64,000 bases of DNA, taken from positions 451,588 through 515,587 of the forward strand of contig NMRA01000271.1 of NCBI GenBank assembly GCA_002633005.1. Reading direction: 5' to 3'. The position numbers and the translations under genes are program-made. Each line of letters begins with the position of its first letter. Position 1 is the stretch's first letter. Shown here piece by piece: positions 24,901-34,951 of this stretch. The notes below the pieces were generated by a model. It made no database searches and was not told the DNA's origin. It saw only the letters and a list, made by a program, of their open reading frames with translations. This DNA comes from Phoronis australis. Taxonomy: Eukaryota; Animalia; Phoronida.

Positions 24901-27900
24901 ACTGAAGATTTCTTCTGTGGCATTTCATAGTCACGTTTTTCAGCACAGAGAGAATCACACGAGAATAAACAACAGAGTTTAATCAAAAACTGACTTATAA
25001 TTTAAAAGCACTTGTGCAATGAGATAGAGATGAAAATAACACAGAATTCCGATGGTCGACCTCTCAGCTTAGCGCATGCGTACTTCCGTGTTATAGATGA
25101 TTAATGTAATGTATTAAGTGATATCACTTAGCTGCAAATTTTCTTGACATAGCATGGCAGCATTCTGTTGTTCAGCAACTTTTCCAGACGTGAGGGGTTC
25201 TGAACGTGCGATAACATCTGGCTCTTTTGTTAACTCCCCAGCTCAGTCTTTTGTCTCGTATGATAACAATCAGGCCAATTATCTCCCAGGCTTCAAAGGA
25301 AACAAGTGCGTTGGTAATCGGTTTGGACAGAATAGATTGTCTTAACTTCTGTTGTAGTTGGGCGATTTTGGTGATTCAAAAACTAAACATGATCAGCATT
25401 TGACAAGGAATTCAGAAAATATGCTATCTTCCTTTCATGGATAGGACAGCATTAGCATACTATCGAACGGATCAGACTACCGGTGTGCCCCCTAGTGTCA
25501 ATTTTAGTATTTTACATTTACCTCGAGTCTGTATCTTCAAAAGTCCTCAAGGTATTTTCATACAATTTAGTATGTAGGCACCTATTAGTGAGATGACGCT
25601 ATCATTTTCTGTTTTCGGATGGATTTGACGTAGTTTGCATCACCTAGAGGTCATTTTACTGTTTTTGAGTCTATTTTTTGGCATCCACCTCTCTAACCAA
25701 CTAAACCGCTCTAAGGATGATTGTGAAAATTGGCATGTATGTTCTTGCTATGACGAGGGCAGCTGACGATTCTCCGATGCCTTCGTCTACTGTGGCGCTT
25801 CCTAATGGCAGTTTTGTTTTTCTTTGCGTCTATGGCTGTATCTCCTTAACTGTTTGCAGGATATTTACTAAATTTAGCAAACGTATTTAATGATGTTGAC
25901 AACGGACGATGACAACTTTCGGACGGATCTGACTACTGGTGTGCCCGTTGTGGCAATTTAATTTTTTGTGTTTGCCTTTGTATCTTCAAATGTCCTCTAC
26001 AAATTTTCATAAAATTTTGAATATAGGCATCTGTTGGTGAGACGATACTGTCTTTCCGTTTTCGGATGGAATCGGTTGTATTTTGCGCTACCTATTGGCC
26101 ATATTTGCTGTTTGTCAATGTAGTTCAATGCCTTGTGTTGCTCGTGTATCATTTATAGGGCTCCCACCTCTTACGGATTTATCCATATTTTTGTACTTTT
26201 GGGGTGTAAAAAATCACCACATACGGATTTTTAAATATTACGGATTTTGAGGATTTTTTTCTTCAAAAAAGTTAGATGAAAATTAAAAATATGTTTTAAA
26301 TTGTCAGTGTTTTGAAGCGCAAGATCGGGGAAAGTCGAGGCAGGAAGTATAAGAAAGAGATGGAATTGTCAAGAACGCACGATCCTTCCAGATAGACATA
26401 TCCTGATTACCAGTGGAGAATGCAATTTGCTATGAGATTTCCCTTTTGTGATTGGTCAATTCCAGTTTTCTTTTGAAGGACTGGCCAATGAAAAATGCCC
26501 TTACTTGGATTTTTGCATTATAGGATATCACATGCTTTGGAATTCGTGTTAAGATGTCATGATCAAAATTTCGGAGACGAGTACCCCAATGAATTAGATT
26601 ACATTTAGAAAACGGGAATGGACTCACGCTGCCTTCAACACTGAGAACCCTGACGCCTGCAACACCAGTATGGATCAGGAATTATGAGATATCGGTATTT
26701 GCAGGGCTGTGGTAGTGTGGGAAGAAATCAACCATGCCGACATCAAAAGGCTAAAAGCATCGATGTGACAATCTGAGTTATGACATAATGTTGCTTTTTT
26801 AATTAAACACAATTACCGGTATAAGAAATTGATAATTGCTGTTTTGGTGTATATCTAATATGCAATTGAAGTTAAACTTTTTGAAAATGTTGGCATTTCT
26901 ACAAGTTTTCACTAAGCAAGTTATGGATTTTTTAAATAAAAATTACAGATTATATTCTTAAGGATATCTCAAACCTTATTTACAAAATATCACCATTTTT
27001 AATGCAGTATTTCACATTTGTCTAGCAAAATACCTTATCTTCATTCTCAGGGAACTTCAAATACATACCGTGTAGCGTGAAAAAAATATTTGGCAGAACC
27101 ATCTGGGAACCGCACAATCCCGTGGAAATTTGATTACTACTTAGCTGAGGTCAAAGATTTCAGGGCTGTCACACATATCAAATCTCTCGCCAGGCACAGA
27201 GCAGCTCAGTGTGTACCCTTAGTCCCTACATTCAGGGAGTCGCCATGATATTGCGCCAAGGACGTTTACTTATGATAGAAAGGTGCTGGTGAAAAACGAA
27301 GACAAAACGTAGCTTTGATCCTGAGAGAGTTGTGAGTCTGCATGCATAAAGTGGACCTCAATGCACCAGCTTGACCCACTTCATATGCTTGCTCCGCCCC
27401 TGACAAGATCGACTTTGTTTAAAATTATTAAATGAAAAGTTTTTTTGATAATTAAGATAATTGCGCATGGTGAACATGGCTAAGGTGTGTATAGGATATT
27501 TTGACCAAAACAAGTTTCCACCAAATCATTAACTGATGTCTTTGACTCGGCCTTGCATTTTTCACGTATCGCCACATAGTCAGCTTTTTATTGTCTTCCC
27601 AAATTGACTTAATTTGAACTTAGGAACAGGAGTTCTCGAAAATGGCTTGATGGATTTCGCTGAAAGTTTCCAAACGTAATATTTATTTATCAATCTCAAG
27701 AAGGCTTTTAGGATTTTTGATGTAAAGACCATCTTTTCACGTAATGTAAGAAATATGAATATGACATCTATTTTTTACAGTAATACTTTACTTTTTGCGA
27801 GTTGATTGGTCATAGAAATCGAATGGAAAGGCTAATCGAAAATTCCTAACATTGTTTTTAGGTAACTGGTGAAGTTGCATTTAAAAAGGGTTTCATTAAA

Positions 27901-30900
27901 ATTTACGGAAGGGTTATTTAGCTATGAAATATGTACCTTTCTTAAAAATGGAATTTTGACTCAAAAAGGTATTAACATACTAATAATAATAATGACACAT
28001 GATATAAAACATTTTTTGTATTGCCAGATCTGTTTTCTTTCACCAGTTGACAAAGCCTAGTGTTTTGCTATACCAGTTAGAATGGAGGCCACTAAATAAA
28101 CTTTGAGATAACTTAATGGGTTGGCAGGCCAGTATTTAGAACTTTGTTTTTTTTGTACTATGTTGTTTTGACGGTCAACTGAACACAATTTTAGTTACTA
28201 GTATTTTATATTTTCATCCTAACTCAATGAAATTTCTTTATATTTACAGATTTGAAGGCACATTTGATAACCTGTTTTGGGGAGTGTTTGCCATGACGGA
28301 CAAGGATTCAACCAATTTTAACTCACAACAGGCTGTGGTTGAAACTGTGGGCTTCTTGATGTTTGGAACATTCCATGTCTTAATTGTCATCATGTTACTC
28401 AACATGTTTATTGCTATGCTGTCTACGTCCTACGAAGCCACTGATGTAAGTATTGACGGTTGGTCGTACAGTATGCCCAGAATGATGAATAAGTCATTTT
28501 TTAGAATTCAAATTTTTAGGTTGAGATAAATTTTCAGCTTGTTTCTGAGAAATGACCGACTAAAATGTCATGCTAGTATAAATAGGCTTTGGTGATAACA
28601 GACCAGTAGATTTCAGAAATGATGATACTACAGCTACACCTGACAGCGGTTTTGAGAAGTTATGGGTGAAAATTGCATACTACGCATAATAATTGAATGA
28701 TCCTTTTTCAAGATTTCTGAATTTTCTTTACAGTTTTATAGGTGTGTTTTCAGCACATTAAGCGTTCAGAATAGACCAATATTTGTAAGTTTTGGGGTAT
28801 GTCAGCAGAAAGTGGGTTAGTCTAAATGATGGATGTTGACTTAGAAAGTAAGCTAGAGTCACAGATAGCATTGTACATTTTTGAAGACTTACTGGTAATA
28901 GATTCTGTTGTGTAGTGATTGTCTGTAAAATCTGATATTTGGTATTATCAATTGATGATACTAGGTAGGTATGTGGACGACAGTTTGTCTTATGGGTTCA
29001 TAACTGAGTGAACTCTAATTTCGTTGAGGAAAAATTGAGATGAATTTCCTATTGATAAGTGGTCTGAATCGGAAGTTTTCTGTGGTGGAAGGTGGATTTG
29101 TTGTTGCTTTGATTACTCTCAGTATTTATCTGTAGGTGAATACTGGTGTGCAGACATAGCATTGACACACTTGTTCGCACTTGGTTACAGGAGAGGAAGG
29201 ACGTAGAGTGGAAGTTCTCCCGCGCTGGGCTGTGGCTGGACTATATTGTCAAGGGTGAAACGCTTCCAGTGCCTTTCAATATCGTCCCTACTGTGAAGTC
29301 TGTCATTCGCATATTTGTGCGACTCAAGGCTCTGTGCTGTTGTGGTGCCAAACTAGCTCTGCAGAGGGTATGTGCAGTCATCTGTTTTTTCTGTTCAGGT
29401 CTTAATCATAATGTAGTGTAACAGTTATAATTCATGGCTACCACAAACACAGAGCTATATGCGTTGAATGCAAACTAGCACAGCTCATAGTTCATATCTG
29501 CAGAGGAAAATGAGCCCTGAAAGTTTTGCCGCGTGAGGAGGTGAAGTGAATGTCTCTGTTGTTTACCGGGCAATCGAAAATCCTCGCAGCCGTGTTATGT
29601 GAGCTTAGTGCTTTGCCAGTTACTTCCGGAAGCCAAAATTAATCATTATATCAGCTGACATCAACAAATCTCTCATTGACTCATTGTTACTGTGTTCACT
29701 ATTACACTCGATTGCCTCTCACTGTATGCTGACACCAGTTATAGTGTAAGGTTATCTTTACCTGGGGCAGCTGACTGAGCTTATAGTTTTCTGTATGCAG
29801 TAACCTTGTTTAAAACTGCTCAGTATCCCAAATTCTGTCCATTAAGTTGATTTAGACCATTTGTCATGATAAAATTGGCCTCAACTTGTTACCCTGACTC
29901 AAAGTGTTTTGTGGACTTTGGAAGTACTTGCTGTACATCAGTGCTTGAGACTTGGCATTAATAAATCGTGTTGTGCACAGAAAGCAATTTTGCTGGACAA
30001 ATAGGTTTTAGGTACTACTGGTTCGGCACATCTGTTTTTTCTCGCTACGTCTCAGTATTTGAAATTAACTGAGGATGAAGGTAAGGTATTTTGCTAGACA
30101 TGTGAAACATTACAGTAATAGTCATTTTTGTAAATAAGGTCTGACATATCCTTAAGCATGGTTTGCACTCGGCATAAAACAACATTTTGGTGAAATTTAT
30201 ACTTTTGTAGCAAGGAAGATAGTCGTGTATGGCAATTCTCCACTTATTTTGCACAAGAAAATTGTCCCATTTTGCTAATGCTAGTTACTTTACTAGTGAC
30301 GATGGAAACTTTGCCAAATGTTATTTTATGGCCTGTACAGGTCAGTTCAAACCAATCTAGTAACAGATTAGATTAAAGTTTTTCTAATCTTTATGGGTTA
30401 TTGTTTATGAAGAAATTTGACAATAGACTTTCACTTGTCCGCCATGTGGTGTCCTAAATAAGTGAGGAATTACTGTAGAAAGTAAATGGAAGGTCTTTTT
30501 TGACAAGCTGATTATTACTATTTCATTGGTCCATTAAAACTTTTAATAGTGTATGTTGTAAGCTATGTGAGTTAAACTTTTGTCAACTTTATAAATGTGG
30601 TGAATGCTTTGTTATAGAAAATACAAAAGTCCAATGACAAGCACAAACTCTTCAGAGTGCGGTACCTGAACTTGATTAAAAAACTGAAGTTAAAGTACGC
30701 CAAGTCAATCCTCGATGGACAGGATATTGTGGTCAGCATTAATGAAGGTAATTTATTGATTTAAAGTTCATAATTATTCAAATCCAGCAGCTAGCGTTGT
30801 GCCAGTTTTATTTTTGTTGTTTTTTTCCATTTATCAATTAGTCTATCTTTGAGGCAAGTTTGGGACCTAGGAGTGCATGCAGTGAAGTCACAACTACTCA

Positions 30901-33900
30901 TGCTAAAACTTAAAATGTTATCTGAGGGAGTGCCTCGGCTGGTCTGCTCATGGTGGCAAAAGATAAAAAAGTCATCTCCGCACCCATAAAAGCCATCCCA
31001 CGCTTATTTTGTTGGCCCTTACCCCTGTAGCCAAGCTCTCCCTTCACTACTGTATTAGTGTAGATGGCACCTGTACTGGATGATATGTAGTGACTTCTTT
31101 CATTACACTGATTCAGAATGAAAGTGATTAGCTGTTGTGGTTGTATATACAAATGGGTGCTTTTGGCATTGCGTTACGAAGCAGATCTTTATTTCTAACG
31201 GCAGTCCCTGGGTTGAGGGAATTGCTTGTTGGCTACCTGCTAGGATCAAGTATTGAAGAGGATGGACCAAGGGCCAGTGCCCTTCCCCCACAGTTAACCA
31301 ACTCTTTGTGTCTGCTTACCATTCTCCAGTGATCATTTGTGTGAGCTGATGTATGAATGATGGCAGACTGCCTTTCATAGTGAAACACTTAGTGGACATT
31401 CAAATGCTTTGGAGGCTGAGTATAGTTTTATGCACCCACATTGCTATCATTACTGGCTGGTGTTCGGGTGGTCAGCGTCCATGACTGTTCTCCTAAAACC
31501 CTTGAAGTATCATAATGAAATTTGTCAGATGTGAAGCTTTCAATAGACGACGAATTTCAAAGTGATCCACCTATGTGCCTTTTAATGGCAATTTTCGTTT
31601 TTTATGTTTATTTTGCTCCTTGATTGGCATAAGACACGTAATTCAAATTTTGACGGGCTACTGTAACCTAGCCCGACACAGACATATTACTAGGCACATG
31701 GGGAGTCCAGTGGGTCCCGAGTGTGGTACTGATGTAGAATCCCCTAAGCACCTGCTAGAGTCTTGCCCAGCTTTTTATAGGGTAAGGAGCAACCTACTGG
31801 TTGGCACTGTTACATGCTTACAACATATAGTGCATGGCAACAAATGGAAACGTCTCTCCATTTTCTGAAAGGAGACTGGCAGACTTGAAAACTTTCTTCA
31901 CGAAGAGCCATAATTGAGTTCTTGTGCTTTTGCTCAAGTGTTTTGTGCAATGGGCACAACCATGAGGCCTGTGCAGGTCTGATGCATTGCAAATGACAAC
32001 AGGCCGCCTGCACTGTATTTTTTGATGGGTTTTCAGGAAATTTAAGAAATATGTTTCTGTTAAGGAGATGATGACGTCTTCTTGTTTTTGGACAAGTTTG
32101 ACATATTCTGTGCCACCTGGTGGCAATTTTTGAAATTTTTTAATATGTTTTTGATGTCCATCTCTCTATCCGCCAAACTGCTCAAAGGATTGTTATGGAA
32201 ATTGTCAGATGTGTTCCTGTTAAGAAGACCTCAATTGACACTCATTTTCTGTGGTAATTTTGTGGTTTTTTTGCGTCCACTGTTGTATCTCCGTATCTCT
32301 TTGGAGGATTTGTGTGAAATTCGAAAGATATTTTCCTATTGAGACGGTAACAAATTACAGTGTACTGTTTGAGAGCAATCCAACTACAATTGTGCTCTCT
32401 AGTGGTAATTTTAGTTTTGTGTTTGCCTGTATATCTTTAAAGCTCGTTGACGTATTTTTTTTATTGGGCAAATATGTTTCTATTTTTAGACGGATTTGAC
32501 ATTCTGCACCACCTAGTGGCCATTTTTAGTATTTTTGTAGTTTGGTTTTAAGCATCTGCCTCTTGATCCGCCAAACTGCTCATTGCTCAACATTATGGAT
32601 CGCTGCATTTCTGTTCCGGTCAAAGACTGTTATGTTCGTGGTTTTCATTAAATTTGCAGAGTTCAAAACATAACCTTATATGGCACTGGTACCTAGAATC
32701 ATAGATTGTGTAAGTTGTGCAAAACAATTCTCTGAAACCTGATTATGACTCGTGAGCGTATGGTCTCTAGTTCTGACAAACAAGTTTTCACTGAGTTGAG
32801 AGTTAGACAGCATAGTGTCTGAATAGATGTATCTTGTAGATCTCTAGATTAAACCCATGTAAAACCGTAACACAGAGTTGTGTTTGAAAGAGGTTTTCAT
32901 ACAAAGACCATGGCTGATATTGATTTTTGGATGAGTCTGACAACAATGGCATCCCTAGTAGTGATTTGTTTTTTGCGACCATAGTTGCAGCTCCTGATTC
33001 TTTTGCAGGAGGATTATGAACTATAGACGACTGCTACCGTGTCGTGATTTGAATTGGGTATTTACAAGTTTGCCAAAAAGAGGCTCTTGTGTATTGCAGT
33101 GGTGTTTTCAAGTTCTTCGTCATGTTCTTGCTGCAATAGTCCTGTAAATTGCTGCTGTTGTTTCACTGGTACAACTGAGAAAGAAATATACTCTGTTAGA
33201 GTCCACGCCTGTCAGACTCGTCATGTGTGATTTAGATGTACTGTAACATTCGCTATACTTTTGCAAAGAACTAGAAGCCTGTATTTCTAAGTAGGTGGCA
33301 TTAATAATTATGTTATTTTGATACTTTTCAAAAAATCTTGTCTTACATTTTTGAAAGAACACCACTAAAAGATCAATGATTGAAAATTACATTCTCATTT
33401 TCATCAAGACCATTAAAAATTCATCCTGAACTGGCAGTTTTTGAGGTGACGGCGTAGTTCCTCGAAGAGCTTTTCAGTTTCAATGACTGTGGACTTTGCA
33501 AGGGCACCATCCCAATAAATGATTAATTTGCTATCTACATTTGGCATCATAAATTGATAAAGTGTTTGCATGAAATCCGCATGGAAGTTGAATCCGGAAA
33601 AGTGATTTTACAACTGATGGCTAAGACCTTAAAACCATTAAATGGTTTTAAGGTCTTCGCCATCAGTTGTACATTTATTTGTCAAATGTTTGACAGAAAA
33701 TCTGTAAGTACGTAGCAACACCACTTGCAGGTCGTCCTCGTATGATGTTTTCTTTTTTTTTCTTGTCAAGAGGCTTCTATTTCCCGGCTGTGATTCACCT
33801 TCCTGTCCGATGCTGAATCAGTTTCCTCTTTTTTTCTTTTCTTGCTTGTTCAAGCTTAAAAGTTGTCATTTCTTTTTTTGATGCTCTTCTTAAGTTTGAT

Positions 33901-34951
33901 TTTGTACACTTTGCCATTTCTGCTTAAAATGATAGAGTACTACTTTGCTTTTTAGTCTTCTTTGTGTCTCTGTTGATAAACTCCTCTGAGTAGAAGTGAG
34001 CACTACAGATTTTAGTGTGAGAATTCACATTGAAATACACCGAATTTCTTCTCACTTTTGTGATACATAGTGGTAGGAGTAGCTTATTGTCCATAGGTAG
34101 TCTAAAAAAATGCACTTCTGACAAATTTTCACATCAACCGCAACAAAAATGAGGCATCTTGGCACTGGCTGTACACATACTTCCGACTTTGTTTTGATTC
34201 AACACCTATGCAATCCAGGTCCCTTGATATCGCAGGTGCACAGCAGTTGATTTGGTCTTTTGTAGCTGTTTTCCTAGAGATGTGACAAAGGCTGTCCATG
34301 ACTTTATGGATGGCTATGACTACCGCCATGCCCTCTTGTAGCAATTTTATTCTTTACCTTTGCTTCTGTATCTTCAGAGTCCATTGACGATTTTTCATAA
34401 AATTTGGCAAACAAGTTTTCATTATACTAATTTGGGACAGATTCAGTGCTTTTTTGCACCATGTCCATTGTCATGGCACTGTGAGAGAGAGCACTGTAGA
34501 AGCACACTGTTTGCGTTGAAGTCGTCAGTGCATTTCAGTGCTCTGCATTGCTCTTGTAAACATTTCCATCAAATTTTTAAGCAGTTTGCTATACCTTCTA
34601 AGCAGAAATTGGTGGACATCTGTTTCCTTCTTTACAGCTAACCATGAAGTCATCGGCGCTCCTGTTCAAGAACCGTCTACGTCACAGCCCGCTGCTGGTG
34701 GCGATGTTGGGGATGGTGACATCATTCGCCAAACTGCATCCCAGCCATTGTCCAGCAGTCCCAGAGACCATGTAGATGGTAGAGTTGCAAGACTCACCTC
34801 GAGTGACCCTCTCAGAGATTTACTTCTCAAGTACTTCAAGAAGGGAACTTTCTCCGAATCATTCACCGTCAACGTGATAAATGAGCTGCATAAGTCCAGG
34901 CATAAGTCCATTGATGAAGAAAGTGACTCAATTCAGCCTAGTTCACCCTAA
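3753..34951 (+). CDS. TRPC: Multi-exon TRPC-family (canonical TRP) cation channel with an N-terminal filamin-like Ig repeat
   Basis: Manual splicing of 19 GT-AG exons gives one open frame of 3168 nt ending at TAA 34949-34951: 3753-3975, 5269-5310, 6212-6304, 7208-7318, 8411-8476, 9337-9446, 9853-10029, 11115-11298, 12989-13305, 14242-14415, 14864-15055, 17677-17866, 18808-19026, 20151-20288, 20880-20994, 28250-28445, 29191-29367, 30618-30747, 34638-34951. TRPC hallmarks present: IPEPHDYFC..DSLKHSLLRINTYKALA, LGPL, LFW, LLNMFIAM, EWKFSR, LPVPFN. The 5' exons are less certain than the channel core. Confidence 0.9.
5269..5310 (+). CDS. Small exon (G)SPAVYKVVFPSIE, a filamin-type GSP strand
   Basis: Acceptor tttctcctataatttcag, donor G|gtacgt, phase 1-1. 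GSP followed by a beta strand is typical of the end of a filamin repeat. Confidence 0.6.
5852..5895 (+). CDS. Possible additional small exon (G)VANNLFLQVLPWIN
   Basis: Acceptor tgttttgcag, donor C|gtaaag, phase 1-0. It stays in frame if the next exon uses the upstream acceptor ctttgtag at 6168. Confidence 0.35.
6212..6304 (+). CDS. Exon (V)DAKQGREKKDDSWNVTVDSANGEKVAVDIK, filamin-like repeat
   Basis: Acceptor ttgtttcag (an in-frame alternative start exists at 6169), donor G|gtttgt. VDAK..V.V.S.NG..V.V.I matches the filamin repeat pattern. Confidence 0.7.
7208..7318 (+). CDS. Exon (E)FCDVMGNQMTPITYTFMPRSSDSSMVSVKIGDHHVE, filamin-like repeat
   Basis: Acceptor tttttcag, donor G|gtttgt. YTFMP...VSVKIGDHHVE-GSP is the canonical second half of a filamin repeat. 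Confidence 0.8.
7756..8009. mobile_element. Short MITE
   Basis: Imperfect terminal inverted repeats ggcccattccaacaaaactgactta / taagtcagtttcttggaaaaggaccc with AT-rich taag repeats inside. Confidence 0.5.
8411..8476 (+). CDS. Exon (G)SPANVQYSRRPLANDLEESSC
   Basis: Acceptor tttgtttcag. Splicing completes HVEGSP with the previous exon. Donor A|gtaatt. Confidence 0.75.
9337..9446 (+). CDS. Linker exon (N)SHERNNIGSSLPTIPEMSLDPYPTYSSSMLGQSHQQ
   Basis: Acceptor tgttttcag, donor CAG|gtgaag, phase 1-0, open frame. Confidence 0.7.
9853..10029 (+). CDS. Linker exon PAYVQEQ...RRSSVQLMPKQ
   Basis: Acceptor tttttttccag, donor CAG|gtattt, phase 0-0. Lies within ORF 9838-10047. Confidence 0.75.
11115..11298 (+). 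CDS. Exon VLEDIVLYR...EALKMGIEKRDVELLDV (degenerate ankyrin repeat)
   Basis: Acceptor cacttctag, donor G|gtgagt. The C-terminal part resembles TRPC ankyrin repeat 3 (dALL.AI....VE.VElLL). Confidence 0.8.
11366..12226 (+). mobile_element. Helentron-associated non-autonomous element (HINE/DINE-1-like)
   Basis: Starts in a T run. It has a 5' subterminal repeat ATGTGCCCAC with an adjacent palindrome, a GTCY-type microsatellite remnant, about 150-bp core repeats, and a 3' GTGGGTGCAT plus short stem-loop. Confidence 0.7.
11777..11958 (+). mobile_element. Putative solo LTR nested in the HINE
   Basis: TGTCATA...TATAACA termini, internal AATAAA, near-direct flanks acgac/acaac. It interrupts the HINE core repeat. 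Confidence 0.55.
12989..13305 (+). CDS. TRPC: TRPC exon: last ankyrin-like repeat plus TRP_2 domain
   Basis: Encodes HPMIQIAKENN..., IPEPHDYFCSKENC, DSLKHSLLRINTYKALAQP and EDPIRDAFEL..EFK. Acceptor ctttgcag, donor AAG|gtagag. Confidence 0.93.
14242..14415 (+). CDS. TRPC: TRPC exon NEYILLSDNVEQFCCDMAKLC...YKYEAKQ (helical linker domain)
   Basis: Continues EFK-NEY..L...C..F as in TRPCs. Good splice sites, phase 0-0. Confidence 0.9.
14864..15055 (+). CDS. TRPC: TRPC exon FVANEFVQSHLHEEFYG... (pre-S1 elbow)
   Basis: K.FVA...Q..L...Y motif followed by a hydrophobic elbow. Splice sites catttcag / AAG|gtaaaa. Confidence 0.9.
15253..17601. mobile_element. Tc1/mariner-like MITE
   Basis: About 60-bp inverted termini CAGCTACTGAATTATT..CCGGGCTGCCTCCGGT / ACCGGAGGCAGCCCGG..AATAATTCAGTGGCTG, with TA on both sides. 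Confidence 0.75.
16538..16910 (-). mobile_element. 5' end of a second HINE-type element
   Basis: Terminal palindrome ACTTGTCGGAATTCGAAGAATTCCGCCAAGT (about 16877-16907), followed on the minus strand by a T tract and a ccgattttcacgaaatttg-type core. Confidence 0.55.
17677..17866 (+). CDS. TRPC: TRPC exon, S1 to start of S2
   Basis: PIIKFYIHTMSYILFLLLL (TRPC P..KF..H..SY..FL.LL motif). Splice sites cttcag / G|gtaaga. Confidence 0.93.
18808..19026 (+). CDS. TRPC: TRPC exon, S2-S3
   Basis: WAEVKQLY...Y...YNWLD retains the E/Q/N/D residues of the S2-S3 cation site. Splice sites tctgcag / G|gtgggt. Confidence 0.93.
20151..20288 (+). CDS. TRPC: TRPC exon, S4 and S4-S5 linker (copy 1)
   Basis: (D)RSKWSATDPEIVADSVFAVANLLSFARLSYVLPTFERLGPLLVVL. 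This frame differs from the ORF-track translation. Confidence 0.9.
   Translation, partial: TAASGQLLTLRLWLTLCSLLPIYSVLLVSPTFFQHLRDLDPCWSF
20880..20994 (+). CDS. TRPC: TRPC exon, S5 (copy 1)
   Basis: (G)KVLCDTLQFMALFVIVFVAFLVGMQNLYKFYPNATFS. Donor TC|gtaagt, phase 2, matches exon 28250. Confidence 0.9.
21820..21957 (+). CDS. TRPC: TRPC S4 exon (duplicate copy, probably the second haplotype)
   Basis: Same protein as 20151-20288 with a synonymous GTC/GTT change. Confidence 0.6.
   Translation, partial: TAASGQLLTLRLWLTLCSLLPIYSVLLVSPTFFQHLRDLDPCWLF
22555..22669 (+). CDS. TRPC: TRPC S5 exon (duplicate copy, probably the second haplotype)
   Basis: Same protein as 20880-20994 with a synonymous ATC/ATT change. 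Confidence 0.6.
23164..25090 (-). mobile_element. Internally deleted, degenerate LINE (L2/CR1-group-like)
   Basis: ORF1-like segment (TVVIFNLPY...RAKRLPSR..GKPGLIK), RT C-terminus (DDIVVLA...L.VNQEKT..YKYLG), distal LLVEVGRF..DRIC.LC..VETE.YFLFECP motif, and AATAAA plus (TTAC)n tail near 23164-23190. Confidence 0.85.
25460..26150 (+). mobile_element. HINE fragment with core repeats
   Basis: Homologous to the 49980-50600 repeats (gactaccggtgtgccccctagtg..., aaccgctc.aaggatgattgtgaaaat). Confidence 0.75.
28250..28445 (+). CDS. TRPC: TRPC exon, pore helix, filter and S6
   Basis: FEGTFDNLFWGVFAM...VETVGFLMFGTFHVLIVIMLLNMFIAMLSTSYE. Splice sites tttacag / GAT|gtaagt. Confidence 0.95.
29191..29367 (+). 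CDS. TRPC: TRPC exon, TRP box
   Basis: DVEWKFSRAGLWLDY...GETLPVPFNIVPTVKS. Splice sites ttacag / AGG|gtatgt. Confidence 0.95.
30618..30747 (+). CDS. TRPC: TRPC exon, rib helix / CIRB-like segment
   Basis: KIQKSNDKHKLFRVRYLNLIKKLKLKYAKS (Y...i..L..rY pattern). Splice sites gttatag / G|gtaatt. Confidence 0.85.
31426..32600 (+). mobile_element. Degenerate HINE of the same family
   Basis: Start ttttatgcacccaca, with core repeats containing gccacctggtggc and caccacctagtggcc. Confidence 0.65.
31625..31990 (+). mobile_element. 3' fragment of an I/R1-group LINE nested in the HINE
   Basis: ILTGYCNLARH...PECG..VESPKHLLESCPA resembles the C-terminal LTGH...C..C...E...H.L..CP zinc knuckle of these LINEs. 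Confidence 0.6.
33924..34150 (-). pseudogene. THAP-domain relic (DNA transposon derived)
   Basis: HFFRLP...KVRR...FNVNSHTKICSAHF.SEEF is the THAP C2CH signature. The conserved Trp and the N-terminal Cys pair are disrupted. Confidence 0.7.
34638..34951 (+). CDS. TRPC: Terminal coding exon (A)NHEVIGAP...SIQPSSP*
   Basis: Strong acceptor tttccttctttacag, phase 1, open to TAA. Lies within ORF 34538-34951. Confidence 0.8.
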
